NCBI RefSeq assembly: GCF_006345805.1
Contig: NC_042998.1
Location: 33,666,001-33,730,000 of the forward strand
DNA length: 64,000 bases
Origin: Octopus sinensis
Lineage: Eukaryota
Direction of reading: 5' to 3'
Position 1 is the stretch's first letter. Each line of letters opens with the position of its first letter. Shown here in pieces: positions 1-13,955 of this stretch. Under the pieces are notes generated by a model. It had not been told where the DNA came from and made no database searches. It was given only the letters and a program-made list of their open reading frames with translations. A program made the position numbers and the translations under genes.

Positions 1-403
1 CTTCCCTCTTTGTATTTTTTATTTTCTTTTTCCTCTCATACACTTCACGAGGCCACTTTCTGCAGACATATATGTTGCCTTGATGCCAGTATCCTTTCAT
101 ATTTGTTGGGTGTTTTTGAAGAAGAAAAGTGGTTTTAATTTACTTACGTCAATTGTACCAAATATAAACGTGTCTCGTTTTCTTTCAAGTAAAGTATTTG
201 ATTGTTGTGCACGATGTACAGTAGGCGGTTTTTTAACGTCTGACATTTGTATACTTTCCTTCGACTCTGTTTTCTTGCAACGCTTTTGTCTGTCTTTCTG
301 TCTTTCTGTCTCTCTTTCTCTCTCTTTATCTCTGTTTTCTGTCTCTTTGTTGTCGCCCCCGTTCCTATTTCTCTTTCTGTTTCTCCATCCTTTCCTCTCT
401 TTT

Positions 404-591
404 TCTCTTTTACTTGCTCCACTCATTCGACTACGGGCATGCCGGGGGTCACTGCCCTGAACAAATCTTAGTCGAATGAATCGAACTCAGAATTTAATTT
501 TTTTTTTTTTCAAATTTATTCTATCAGTCTGTCTTGCCGAACCGCTAAGTAAATACACCAACTCCGTTTGTCAAGCGGTGGTGGGGAACAA

Positions 592-622
<31 letters not shown>

Positions 623-744
623 CGATGGGCTGCTTTCAGTTTCGGTCTACCACATCCAATTTCCCGTGGTGCCATGCAGTCGGACTTAATCCAGAAAATG
701 TGGTAAAGGAGCAAGCTTCTTACCACACAGCTACGCCCGCGCCT
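404..744 (-). mobile_element. tRNA-derived SINE, family B (head ggcgcaggagtggctgtgtgg), internally deleted
   Basis: Reverse complement of the copy at 12076-12462 (accacacagc..gcgcc head, ctttcagttt, gccgaaccgctaagt). Confidence 0.75.
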
Positions 745-1323
745 TATCAGATTTTCTCTCTCACTCTTATCCTTATCGTTGTTGTTGTTTCTTTTCAAAT
801 TTCTCACTCCCCCCCGCCTCTCTCTCTCTCTCACTAAATTTGTATTTTTTCCCCTTTTATTCCATTAATATTTTTGTCATTCCCTCGTATACTCCGTTAC
901 TTTCACTTTCCTTGGAACTCTGTCTGTCGCTCTATTTTCTTTCTCTCTCAATCTTACTCTCTCTCTCTCTCTCTCTCTCTTTCAATCTCACTCTCTCACT
1001 AACACTCTCTTTACCGCCTCTATTCAGTTGTCTTCATTAAAAATTAGTGCCACATTACAGATTGGTCGGGGTATTTCCAGAAGAGAATAATCTTCTTTAA
1101 AACAATCCACCGAGCCAGCTTTCAGAGTCTGCGAATATTCAGGTGCCAATTGATAATCACCATCAAATGGGGGCAAAATGTGCAGACAAATATCTCATAT
1201 GGCAGCAAGGTACAAACAGTAAAGCAGAGTAAACAAACAGAAAACTGAGGGATCAAACCGAATATGTACAACAGGAGAACAAAGGGAAAAACTTTCAAAC
1301 TAGGAGATGCCTTACTTGTTCTC

Positions 1324-1640
1324 GATCGGTTGCGACGACGAGGGTTCCAGTTAACCCGATCAACGGAACAGCCTGCTCGGGAAATTAACGCGCGAGTGAC
1401 TCAGCACTCCATAGATACGCGTACCCTTAACCTAGTTCTCGGGGAGATTCAGCGTGACACAGAATCTGACAAGGCTGGCCCTTTGAAATACAGAACCATC
1501 TAATTTTTGCCAGCAGAGTGAACTGGAACAACGAGAAATAAAATGTCTTGCTCAAAGATACAATGCATAGACTGGAATCGAACTCACGACCTTACGTTCA
1601 GATCCGAATACCCCAAACTACTAAGCGAAACGCCTTTACT
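1324..1640 (-). mobile_element. tRNA-derived SINE, family A2
   Basis: Reverse complement of 22932-23250; shared 3' body atcaacggaacagcctgctcg. Confidence 0.8.
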
Positions 1641-2188
1641 TCAAACTAGGAACAAGTCTGTTACAGGATTAGCAGTGAATGCATCCTCCTCCATTATATG
1701 TTCTTAAGTATTTCGATGTTGATCATACAGGAAACAGCTTTCTGGAAGTCATGCGTTCATAAAATAATGCACTGGCGTTGGGCTTCTCTGGGTTGCAGAG
1801 AAATCAGGGCCCCGGGACTTATTCAGTTCTAATTCGTAGCAGTTTCGTACAAGCAACGAGATAGACACCAGTAGAAAACTGCTCAGAGGGAGGTGATTCT
1901 GCTGGTGTATACTATGTACTCAAAGGAAGAGAAAGAGCGAAAGGCTATAAGGCACCCACACACCACACAAACACACACATACTGCGTGTGTATGTAATCA
2001 CCTAAGTTTGTTGCTGTGAAAATGTTGCTTTTTCATTACCCTCTTTCCTTTTCGTTGTTTTATATATATATATATATATATATTATATTATATTATATTA
2101 TATTAAATTAGAGATAAAACCACTATTAGGCAAATCAAACAGTGAAAATCATAAGCAAATACTCCCTAATATTATTATTATTATATAT

Positions 2189-2238
<50 letters not shown>

Positions 2239-2982
2239 CTCACACACGTGTGTGTGAGTGAGAGAAAGAACAACAAAATTAAAGGGAAGAAAAAGGGAGA
2301 AAAATGCAACATTTTCACAGCAACAAACTGCTTCATAGAAACGTTGTATAAAAAGCAAAGTCACTTTTGTCTGCTCCCTGCTGTATATGAAAGCGAATAA
2401 CTATGCTAATTTCTTAAACTTTTATTGCTCGAAATTAGCATTTGATATGGTAAGTTAACTGGGCACCATACCGTTTAACACCTGATCTGAATACAGATCT
2501 TGGTAATCACAACAAAAAGCAAATACAATCTAGAAAATACTTTATATTTGACCCTTTTCATATATATTTATTTGTTCTTTACCCAGGAGATAAGAGAAAT
2601 TACCGATGCGCATTGAGCTGAATCAACGTTCTTTCATTTTGGTACAAAACCCATAAATATATTTAGTGCAAGACACAAGTAGGAAGTTGTAAAAATGGTG
2701 GCCTTTCCAATGGTATTTATTAATGACCCAAGTGAGATGAATTGATTTGAACTTATGAAATGAATGAATGGTTTTTGGTTCGTTGGCTACAAAGACAGTG
2801 TCGCCGAACAAAAGTCGCCACCTGAATAGACTAGACCTTGTTTCGAGGATGGGGTTAAATCGATTAAATCGACATCAGTGATCAACTGGTACTTAGTTTA
2901 TCGACCACAAAAGCATGAAAGGCAAAGTCGACCTCAGCTGAATTTGAACTCAGATTTTGTTGCTGCTATTATAACATTTCGT

Positions 2983-3543
2983 AAGGCGGCGAGATGGCAG
3001 AATCATTAGCACACTGAGCAAAAAGCTTAGAGGAATTTTGTCTGCCGCTACATTCTGAGTTCAAATTCTGCTGAAGCCAACTTTGCCTTTCATCCTTTAA
3101 AAGACGGCGAGCTGGCAGAAACGTTAGTACGCCGGGCGAAATGCGTAGCCGTATTTCGTCTGCCGTTACGTTCTGAGTTCAAATTCCGCCGAGATCGACT
3201 TTGCCTTTCATCCTTTCGGGGTCATAAATTAAGTACCAGTTACGCACTGGGGTCGATGTAATCGACTTAATCCGTTTGTCTGTCCTTGTTTGTCCTCTCT
3301 GTGTTTAGCCCCTTGTGGGTAGTAAAGAAAGAGGTATTTTGTCAGTCGTTACGTTCTGAGTTCAAATTCTGCCGAGATCGACTTTGAACACTGGGGTCGA
3401 TGTAATCGACTCATCTCCACCTTCCCCAAGCTGCCCTTATGACAAAAATTTGAAATAATTATTTCGTGAGTTCAAATTCCACCAAGGTCGACTCTGCCTT
3501 TCATCCTTTCGACGGTCGATAAGATATGTACGATTTGAGCACT
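2983..3543 (+). mobile_element. Cluster of family C SINEs (ggcggcgagctggcagaaacgttag...)
   Basis: Repeated gagttcaaattc B-box-like motif and gcctttcatcctttcggggtc core. Confidence 0.85.
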
Positions 3544-3624
3544 TAAACTGGATTGTTGAGGAGATAGTGCTGCCCGATTACTTGAGATTGAAAGTGGTGG
3601 TGGAGGGCAGTCCGCCTGTATGTT

Positions 3625-4578
3625 TTGCATGCTCGTAGAGAGAACAGACGGAGAAGCAGGAGAGTACGGAGCAGGTTGTACAGGTGGAGATGGAAGAAAA
3701 AAACAACAGAGGAGGGATTCACAGTGGTGGAAAGAAAAAGAAGGAGAAGTGGAAGAGTAAGTCCGCCGCCAGGTAACCAGAAAAAGAAGAAAGAAGAAGT
3801 GAAAATGAAAGATGCGACCAGAAGGAAGGAAGACAAAATGGTGGTGGAGAAAGAAAGTGAAAAAGTAATTGGAAAAGTGCTCGAGAAGGAGTTACAGTGT
3901 TGAAGACGCCGGTTATTTCAGCGAAGGAGAAAGATTCAGGAGTGCAACTGTACGAGGGTGAAATGGAGAAATTGTTCAGAGTGGAGATAGAAAAGGAAAA
4001 GGTACCAGAAGTAGAAAAAAGAAAACCAAGAAAAGGGAAAAATAAATGGAATTTCGCAACATATGCAAAAAACAAAGAGACGGAGAGAAAAATTGTAAAA
4101 TTTAAGCATATCATAAGGGTAAGGTTACCCACGGATGTATATTCCGAAAATGTGAAGGCCATTGTAGTTGACAAAGACACATACAAGAGACTGAGGGACA
4201 TGTGCAAAAACAAGATTGACCCGCCCGGAGTTGAACTCAGAGACGTGGAGCCTTACACGATGTATTAAAATGGAAAAAAAAAGAGTAAGTAAAATTGTTT
4301 TGTTGAAAGAAAAAAAAAGGAAAAAGTAAAAGGGTTTCAATGAAAAAAAGAGAAAAGATAATTAAGAAAAAACAATAGAAAATAGAACGATTGTAAATAG
4401 TGTGTATAAACGTTCAAATGGTACTGCATTGGAATGGGGCCCACGCAGCCATTTCATTTTTTTCATTTTTATATAACATTTCATTCTCATTCGTTTTGTT
4501 TTATGTCCCCATTGTGGTGTTGTGCCTGTCCTTGTAGTGTCCCCCTCTGTGTTGTGGCCGTGGTGCCAAATAAAGAAA
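3625..4578 (+). mobile_element. Probable LINE ORF1-like remnant followed by a 3'UTR-like tail
   Basis: Overlapping K/E/R-rich ORFs 3625-3903 and 3897-4268, then an A-rich tract, a T/GT-rich tract and AATAAA at ~4569; directly abuts the Tx1-like element. Confidence 0.45.
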
Positions 4579-4825
4579 TTCTGACAGGGGTGGTATTTGA
4601 TTATAAAAGAAAGAATTTTGGAACTGTGTAGGGAAACCTACGTTTTTTTTCGTGTGTTTCTTACTAATTTATCTCGACCGAAATGTCGGTGGAGATAATT
4701 AGGGAAAAATGCTCTCTCGAAGAGAATAATGTTATGGAAGTTAACCAGCCTCTAAAAAAGGTTTTACAACAGTCGCCGCCGTATAGACAGAAAATCTGAA
4801 GATCCCATTTGGGGACCTCTGGGAA

Positions 4826-5478
4826 ATGTTCAAAAGAAAGACGGAGGCGAAAGGTGATGTAAAATTATTGCCTCCCACTTACACAACAGAGGACCCCCCC
4901 CCCAAAATCATTGTTTTAAAACGTTTTGCCCGGAGGGAAAGAAAATGGTACATATGGTCCAGAACAAAATTGAAAAATGTCTTGCACCAATCTAGAATGA
5001 CATTATTTATGTTACAAGAGGAAGGAAATTTGGCACAGTAGAAGCCAGATTTAAGACGATAGAAAAGGCCTGCGAGTACTCTGTCAGCCCGTTAAAAACA
5101 ACTACCTATATGGGGCGGCGCACGTCCCGTGTCAAGGTAACAGAAGTAACGCCGGAAATAGATGCCGTGTGGACGATGGCCGCCCTGTTATTTAACACAG
5201 AAGACAAAATTAATATTTTGCAAGTGACACGCTCTGCTTCCCGAAATTGGCTTGGGCAGAGCATCGCGACCATCATTCAAGCGGCACTGGAAGATTTAGA
5301 AAGGATTCCCGAAAGAATGCTCGTGGGTGAGGACGGGATCCTAAAAATTCAAGTGGAAGGGAAGAAACCCTGGTGTTTTAAATGTGGACGAAAGGGACAC
5401 ATAAGGGCCGATTGTGACTCTGGAAAAAAAGGAAGAAAATTCAAAGGCGCAAACAACTGTGGATATATTTACACCTAG
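4826..5478 (+). pseudogene. LINE ORF1 (gag-like) remnant with CCHC zinc knuckle
   Basis: CFKCGRKGHIRADC (CX2CX4HX4C) in ORF 5110-5478; broken by stops and frameshifts. Confidence 0.85.
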
Positions 5479-6179
5479 CTCCTCACAAACCCAAAAACTT
5501 CCCCCAAACCCACACATACACACCAGCCCCTACACTAGCAAAGATACCCACTCCCCCAAATGCGGTGCCCACACAAGTCCCCAAACGAGCACTCCAAAAG
5601 CCCCAACCCACGCATACACCAGACCCGACAACAACAAAAATACCCACTCCCTTAACATCGATGGCACCTGAAAATAAAAGTGCTATACCCCCAGATGACA
5701 CCATGGAGGTAGTCAAGGGGGAGTTTACTACGATACGATACTCGGCCAAAAGACTATTGTCCTCATCCCCATCCACATCCCCCACAATATCAGAAAACCT
5801 TGCAATACAGACAAGTAAAAAAAAATAAACCTGCCCAACCGTCCCAGAAAAACCAGGGGATAAAAGGATTTTGGTCGTGTTCAACCCAAAGGACAAATAC
5901 ACAAATGATATGATTGCTCCACACCACACTACATTATTATTTCTAAAGCACAAGGACTATCCTAGACAATCTGCCTGGATAGGAGAAACGTTGTTTAAAG
6001 AACTCAAGGGGGGTGGGCATCCAAAAGCCATTTTTAGGCTAAAAGGCCTTGCGAAATATCTAAGGAAAGAGGAAAAACAAGGGACCTCCTCACGAAACGT
6101 GAGGTTGGCCCCTACATCGCCAACGAAAAAGTAAGTAGATCCTTTACTTTTTCTTAAACTGACAACACTTGACCTTGGT

Positions 6180-8600
6180 TGTTAAATGTGCATGGTCTGA
6201 GCTCGAAGTGGAAGCAAGCACTCGACGACCTCAGATTACGAAATACATGTGATGGTTGCTACAGACGCCAAGCTGGATAGTCTACAAACCTTCTCGGCTG
6301 TCCTGAATGACTATGAAAAAATCATGTCTCCTGGTCAGGGTTCGGGCTATAGTACGTGCATTGGGCCGTGAGAGAATTAATGTTGACAGGTGGGCTCGTA
6401 CGGTAGAGACCCAGCGTGGCAACGATGCCATAATCAGGTCTTTCATTGATGAAAATGAACGTCTGGTCAAAGGACAGGAGGAGATGTGTGAGGCACTTTA
6501 CACGCCCTTCGCCGAATTGTTCGGGAGGAGTGGGACGCTAGACCATAGTGAGGCTCTACGGGACTTCCGGGCTGCTGGTACGCGTATCTCGGTACGAGAA
6601 GCTTAGTGCTGTGAGGGGCCAATTACAGCTGCGGAGGTGATCGAGGCGCTATCCGAGTGCCCCGGGGACAAGTCGCCGGGTCTTGATGGTCTACCCTATG
6701 AATTTTACAAAAGTATGCCAGACTTGTTCGGGCACCTACTGGCCAGCGCCTACGCTAACTGGTAGCAGAATGGGAGAATTCCCAGATCTGCGAGCCGAGG
6801 GGTGGTGATGTTGATCAGAAAGGACCCGAGCAAGGGGGATATCATAAGTAATTTTCGGCCCATGACTCTGCTAAACACCGAGTTAAAGATTTTGGCCAAT
6901 GTTTTGGCAAATAGGTTGGTGCGTGTCGTGGACAGACTTGTCGGGGAGGCGTAACCTTGCGCTATCCCAGGAAGGTTACGCTACTCCTTAGAGAAGGTTG
7001 GGAAAATATCTGGCAAAGATGGGGCCCTGAAATATTTAGACCAGTCTAAAGCATTTTATAGGGTCGACCATCGGTACCTGGCGGGTGGTCCTCGGGGAGG
7101 CCAGGTTGGGCCCGACTTTCCGTGGTTGGGTTGCTGCTTTGTACAGCGAAATGGAGTCTATCGTCCGAATGTTTTTTTGTTTTTTTTTCAAAACTGTTCA
7201 AGATTGAACGCTCAGTACGCCAGGGATGTCCCCTGTCACCACTTTCGTATGTATTGGGTCTTGAGTCATTGCTGCAGAAGCTGGAGGCATTAGGTGGGGT
7301 GCCGCATGATCTGTGGTGTGGAAGGGGGACCACTGCGTATGCAGATGACATCTCTATCATCGTGTCCGAAAAAGGGCAGCTTCCTCATGTGGAAAACGCC
7401 ATCAATGAATACGAGGCTGTGGCAGGAGTAAAGATTAACCAGAACAAGTCGGTCGGCTTGCAACTCGGCCCCTGGAGGGGCAAGTCGATGTCATCGAATA
7501 ACGTCGCGGGGCGTTGGACGCAAAGTCCGGTTAAGTCGCTAGGAGTCTGATTCGGCCCAGATCCCCAGATAGAGAAGACTTGGAGCGAGTTCACGAGCAA
7601 GGTGACTGCCTTAACCCAGACCCAGTCTGGGCGGGCGTTATCTTTGCTAGGGAGGGCGGAGCTGGTGCAGATGTTCATAGTATCTGTCATCACCTACCGC
7701 CTGACCGTTGTGCCTTGCCTCGATTTGTGGCTGAATAAGTTGGAAAGAATATTTTTCTGCTTTTTGCGGAAAGGAGGAAAGCCACTTGTGAAACGCTCCC
7801 TCTGCTTCCAAAAACCGCTAAACGGTGGGCTAGGAATGCCTTGGCTGAGGATGCGAAACTTGCGTTAAGGTCGAAGCACCTCTGGTTTTACCTGGATGGG
7901 GAGCAGGTGTGGTCACCACACGTAAGGTTCCATAGTTAACATCCTAAATGGACATTGGACAATGGATCAAACGAACACCTAAGCTGGAGGATTGGCAATT
8001 GGAGTGCCGTCACTCCAACTACTTTTTCGGGCAGCCAATACCGGCAAAAGGAGTTCCACTGCAGATTTCTATAGCGGGTTAATGGAATTTATGTCAGATG
8101 ATGTCCTGTGGAGGCCCTGGGCTTTGATGGAAGTCAGTTGATCAACCTGTTCAAGAGAACTTTCGGGCCGGAGTATCTGGATAATTACCAGAAATCCGTG
8201 GCTTGGCAGTCCTACCGTTCGGCTTTGCCTGTCCGAAACATGCTGTCAAGTGCCGTCTCGCCAACACACCCGAGGTGCGGGCGTGACAGAGGAGCTGTTT
8301 TGCACGCCTTCGTGGACTGTCCGGAATTATCGGGACTGATAGCTTTTGTCGAGCAACTGTTGTCAGCGGTGGGAAGAGTACAGCTATCGGCTGAGTCTAT
8401 TATCAAGACAGTGCCACCCACTTCCCTTAACAGGGAAAAGGAGGCTTGTTTTTTCCTGCGTAGTAGCCACACTGAAAGAAGCAGTATGGAAGACGCGTGT
8501 GAGAGGTATAGTGACAGGTACCTTCGTCTCCGGCCAGAGTTTGGTTAACTTCTTTAGTTACCATCTCGATAGCATGATCAGGCGAAAAGATGGAAGCAAG
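6180..8600 (+). pseudogene. LINE ORF2 (AP endonuclease start, reverse transcriptase, C-terminal zinc finger), L1/Tx1-like, disrupted
   Basis: NVHGL at ~6186, KSPGLDGLPYEFYK, NFRPMTLLNTELKILA, LDQSKAFYRVDH, SVRQGCPLSPL, AYADD, GGLGMP, RCGRDRGAVLHAFVDCP; many stops and frameshifts. Confidence 0.92.
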
Positions 8601-8892
8601 TAGTGAACAAGCTGCGAGTGACTGGAACCAGGTTAGTGGGGACAGAGGGAAAAGCAAAGGTTCGAACCTGGCGGTTGGATGCCTTTCCTTCAGTCACATA
8701 TTGGCAAAATTTGCAATGATCATCAAGTTTATATTGAAATATTTAAAAAGAAAGAAAAAAAAAAGGATCTTTTCCTTTTGAACGGCAGACAATTTCTAAT
8801 TAACTAAACACTTTAAAACTTCGTATACTGGTAGAATGTGTCAAAATAAAACATATACACACACATACATATATATGTACGCACGCACACAC

Positions 8893-8957
<65 letters not shown>

Positions 8958-8959
<2 letters not shown>

Positions 8960-9124
8960 GGGGCTTCTTTCAGTTTCCGTCTACCAAATCCACTCACAAG
9001 GTTTTGGTCGGCCCGAGGCTATAGTAGAAGACACTTGCCCAAGGTACCACGCAATGGGACTGAACCCGGAGCCATGTGGTTGGGAAGCTAACTACCTACT
9101 TACCACACAGTCGCTCCTACGCCT
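8958..9124 (-). mobile_element. SINE family B, 5' half
   Basis: gggcttctttcagtttccgtctaccaaatccactcacaagg...accacacagtcgctcctacgcc. Confidence 0.85.
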
Positions 9125-9914
9125 TATTTTATTTTATTTATTTATTTATTTTTTTTTTTTTTCCATTTCAATTGTCAATGAAAAGGAGTTGACAGTGGTG
9201 GGCACCCCAAATACGCGAAGTGAATCTTCTACGAAGTCTCACTCGTAACCCCGACTGTTCTGACAATGGCGTGCTTCGGGCTGCTGCTGTACGAGGTGTG
9301 CAGTGCAAAGGCAGCGAAGAAAAAACTTTTAACAGCGACGACAGTCGGCGCTTGCGTGGGAAAGTGTCAGGTCGGCTGATCACACGACAATCGAAGCAGG
9401 CCTGGTTCTGATTATCAGCGCCAGCGACACATGCTGTTTCTTATGCCAACAACAGATGATTATCAGGATGGAAGAAGTGGTGGGATGGTAGAAACAACGT
9501 CTGTTCGACGCTCGCTTCTCTTTCTTTGGCTTTCTGCGTATCGCCTCATTCTTTCTCAATTCAGTTATCCATTAGTTCTTTCTATCACAAACTCTTACAA
9601 ACACATTGTTGTATCTTCTTAAACTTACTGGCAGTGTGCTTGAATTCTGATTAAAACAGCCGTCGATAAGTATATGCATATGTGGTACTTTTCTTTTCTT
9701 TTTTTTTTTTCATATTTTATTTTTGTGTTTATGTATTTTCTGAATGTACACAAATTCTATACTTCATTTTATATTATGTGTCCGCGTAAGAATTATATAT
9801 ATATATATGGGTGAAAAATTTAATATTAATTTGATTAATTTGAATATTAATTGGATTAATATCAATTTAAAACCAAGTCTAGTATATTGAAAAATCTGAA
9901 GTTTCAGAAAAAAA

Positions 9915-10060
9915 TATATTACATACATATAAGAGGGAAGACCTGTAGGTCGATATCCATTATGCTAGAGGAAGATCTGCTATGGACCATAGCGGATCTT
10001 CTTCTAGCATAATAGATGGAATCCACTTACAGGTCATCCCTCTTATATGTATGTAATATA
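9915..10060. repeat. Long palindrome, ~72-bp arms, 1-nt centre
   Basis: tatattacatacatataagaggg...gatctgctatgg A ccatagcggatc...ccctcttatatgtatgtaatata. Confidence 0.9.
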
Positions 10061-10344
10061 TATATATATATATATATTTACATAAATTAAATAGATAGTA
10101 TTGGCAATCCGATAATTTACATGATATGATATGAATATAATGTTATATCAATAGTACATCATGTAGTATTATGATATAAATTATTGGATTGTCAATAGTA
10201 TCTCTCTATTTAACTTACCTTTGTAATTACATTATAGCCATATTTATATGGCATTCAACTGACGGACCAGTGAACTGGATGTTTAACACAACCCTTCGAA
10301 GGATTTCCTTTCCTCAGTTTGTTACTTTATATATATACATGTGT

Positions 10345-10376
<32 letters not shown>

Positions 10377-10553
10377 TTGTTTGTGTTCAGTTGTAATAAC
10401 AGCGATTTTGCGTTCATCTGAAAGGGTACCCTATACTTTTGTAGAGTATAAATTTAGTATTCTTAAAAACAAAAATTTTATTGATAGTGACTTCGAAATT
10501 TCGGCCAGTTAAGTTATCATCGGACTGCAATGTCGATGATATTCTTGTTTAAG

Positions 10554-10587
<34 letters not shown>

Positions 10588-10616
10588 GCAGAGACACAAA
10601 CACATATACATACGTA

Positions 10617-10647
<31 letters not shown>

Positions 10648-11009
10648 CTGTCTGTCTGAGTGTATGTATGTATGTACGTATGTGTGTGTGTATGTATGCT
10701 AACTAACGTTTGTTTTAAATTTCTGTCCTCATTAGAGGCATAATGGATCTCGCTTCTCAACCACTTGGTTCCGGTTTCGATCCCATGAGTGTCCTCTTCT
10801 CTAGCCCGACTTCACTCCTCCTTTATACGCTGCTTTAGAAATTAACTGTTTCTCTCCATTCATTCTGTTGATTGACTTTACAGTTCCAAACAATTCATAA
10901 TTTACATGAGTAATAATATCGCATTCCACCCGTGGAAGCACCCACCCACCAACACACACACATATATATATATAATTAAATGGTAGAAGTGTACAGTATA
11001 AATAATAGA

Positions 11010-11097
11010 ACACACCAGCATCGGTTGTCAAGCGATGGTGGAGAGACAAACACACACACATATGTATATATATATATATATATATGTATATGTATGC

Positions 11098-11134
<37 letters not shown>

Positions 11135-11172
11135 ATATATACACACATACATACATACGTATACATACAAAC

Positions 11173-11220
<48 letters not shown>

Positions 11221-11380
11221 TCTGTATATATGCCAGTCTTCTTTCAGTTTCCGTCAACCAAATCCAATCACAAGGCTATGGTAAGCCCGAGACTATAGTA
11301 GAAGACACTTGCCGAAGGTGCCACGCAGTGGGATTGAACTCGAAACCATTAGGTTGGGAAGTAAGCTTCATACCACAACT
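11010..11380 (-). mobile_element. SINE family B with expanded internal (TA)n
   Basis: cacaccagcatcggttgtcaagcg ... gtagaagacacttgcc. Confidence 0.8.
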
Positions 11381-11503
11381 TCACACACACACACATACAC
11401 ATATGCATGTATATGTATGTGTATATAAATATATGTATATATACACACATTGTATATATATATATATATATCATGGAGGGTTGAATTTGCAACCCCTATC
11501 TCA

Positions 11504-11543
<40 letters not shown>

Positions 11544-11588
11544 GTATCTATATACACACATATGTGTGTATGTATATATATATATTAT

Positions 11589-11636
<48 letters not shown>

Positions 11637-11714
11637 TGTATGTATATATGTGTATATATATATACACACATGTATATAAATTTATACACACGTGTATGTA
11701 TGTATACATATATG

Positions 11715-11751
<37 letters not shown>

Positions 11752-12075
11752 TTTGCTTGTTTCACTCATTAGACTGCGGCCATGCAGGAGCACCGCATGT
11801 AAGAATTTTAGTCGAACAAATCGACTCCAGTATTTTTTTTTTAAAGCCTGACACTTATTCTATCGGAGAACTTTTCCCCGAACCGCTAAGTTACGTGGAC
11901 TTAACACCAGTTGTCAAGCGCTAGTAGGAGACAGGTACAGATGCAAAGACACACACACACCATCATCATCAAATTCATCATCATATATGTATGTATTTAT
12001 GTATGTATACACCTACATACATATACATATATACGCGTGTCTTCCTGTATGCATTCATGCATATATGTATGTATA

Positions 12076-12462
12076 GGCGCAGGAGTGGCTGTGTGGTAAG
12101 TAGCTTGTTTACCAACCACATGGTTCCGGGTTCAGTCCCACTGCGTGGCACCTTGGGCAAGTATCTTCTACTATAGCCTCGGGCCGACCAAAGCCTTGTG
12201 AGTGGATTTGGTAGACGGAAACTGAAAAGAAGCCCGTCGTATATATGTATTTATATATAAGCGTGTGTGTGTGTCTGTCCCCCTAGCATTGCTTGACAAC
12301 CGACGCTGGTGTGTCTATGTCCCCGTTACTTAGTGGTTCGGCAAAAGAGACCGATAGAATAAGTACTGGGCTTACAAAAAGAATAAGTCCCGGGGTCGAG
12401 TTGCTCGATTAAAGGCGGTGCTCCAGCATGGCCGCAGTCAAATGACTGAAACAAGTAAAAGA
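12076..12462 (+). mobile_element. SINE family B, full length
   Basis: tRNA-like head (tggctgtgtgg A box, gggttcagtccc B box), ccttgggcaag core, internal microsatellite, tail gaaacaagtaaaaga. Confidence 0.9.
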
Positions 12463-12867
12463 GTATATATGTACGTATGTATGTATGTTTATACTTCATA
12501 CACACCCTCACATAGATTTCCCCTCAAGAAGTTCTGGTGCTTTCCTATCAATGGTTGACAGAGTAAGGACCTTAACACCATACCTTTCAAGTGGTATAAG
12601 GCCAATATTCAGGATTGATTTCTTCAAAACACATTTCAAACTCTTTCACTTCTTTTCATATTTTTCCCCGTGGTGAAAATATCATTGGTTGATTTAAATC
12701 GGATTTATTATTTAAGAAACTCTCGTCTAATGATTTTTAAATCCCAATTTTTAAGTTTACATTTGAGTATTATCTTTGTTTCCAGTCATTAAATCAACAT
12801 CTACCTCGTTCAATGTTGCCAGTTATTATGCTAAAAGTTGATGAAGTACCCGCAATGGGTCTCTGCG

Positions 12868-13183
12868 GGTGCAGGTGTGGCTATGTGGAAAGAAGTTTGC
12901 TTCCCATTCACATGGTTTTGGGTTCAGTCCCACTGCGTGACACCTTGGGAAAGTGTCTTTTATAGTCTCGGGCCGACGAAAGTGCTGTGAGTGGATCTAG
13001 TAGACGGAAACTGAAAGAAGTGTGCGTTTGTGTGTGTCCCTCACCACAGCTCGACAACCGGTGCAGATGTGTTTACGTCCCCTAACTTAGCGGTTCGGTA
13101 CATCAGACTCGATTCATTCGACTAAAAGTTCTTCAAGGCGGTGCCCCAGCATGGCCGCAGTCTAATGGCTGAAACAAGTAAAA
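12868..13183 (+). mobile_element. SINE family B, diverged
   Basis: Colinear with 12076-12462. Confidence 0.8.
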
Positions 13184-13661
13184 AAAGAAACAATAAATAT
13201 CAAATTTCAGTCTCGCAACTCCCCCAACTGTTCCCTTCATACGAGTCTCTCTCTGTTTACCTCTTAAACGCTATTTGTGGTACTCCGTCGGTTGCGACGA
13301 GGAGTGTTCCAGTTGACCCGATCAACGGAACAGCCTGCTCGTGAAATTAACGTGCAAGTGGCTCAGTACTCCATTGCGCCACTACTTACACGCTATTACG
13401 AAGCAATTGGGATATTTTCCTTTTGAACGGCACTTTGTAACATAATTTCTAGGTAACTAAAAAGTTTTAAACTTCGTATACTGGTAGAATGTGTTTATCA
13501 AAACATCATTTTTTTCTTGGCTTTATTGAGAAAATTCTATATGTTGTAACATATTTCGTCTTTAATTTCGAGCATTTCGGCAATTTTAACCAATCGCTGA
13601 CCTCCATTTAGGTAAATAACATTCTGTACATAATGAATATGTCCCTCCTTTAAGAAACACG

Positions 13662-13955
13662 TAATCGGCTTAATCTCTTTGTCTGTCCTTGTTTGTCCCC
13701 TCTATGTTTAGCCCCTTCTGGGCAATAAAGAAATAAGAAACGTTAGCACGCCGGGCGAAATGCGTAGTCGTATTTCGTCTGCCGTTACGTTCTGAGTTAA
13801 AATTCCACCGAGGTCGACTTTTCCTTTCATCCTTTCAGGGTCGATAATTTAAGCACCAGTTACGCACTGGGGTCGATGTAATCGACTTAATCCGTTTACC
13901 TGTCCTTGTTTGTCCCTTCTACTTTTAGCCCTCTGTGGACAATAAAGAAATAAAT
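13662..13955 (+). mobile_element. SINE family C, tail plus one unit
   Basis: acgttagcacgccgggcgaaatg...ggggtcgatgtaatcgacttaatcc. Confidence 0.85.
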
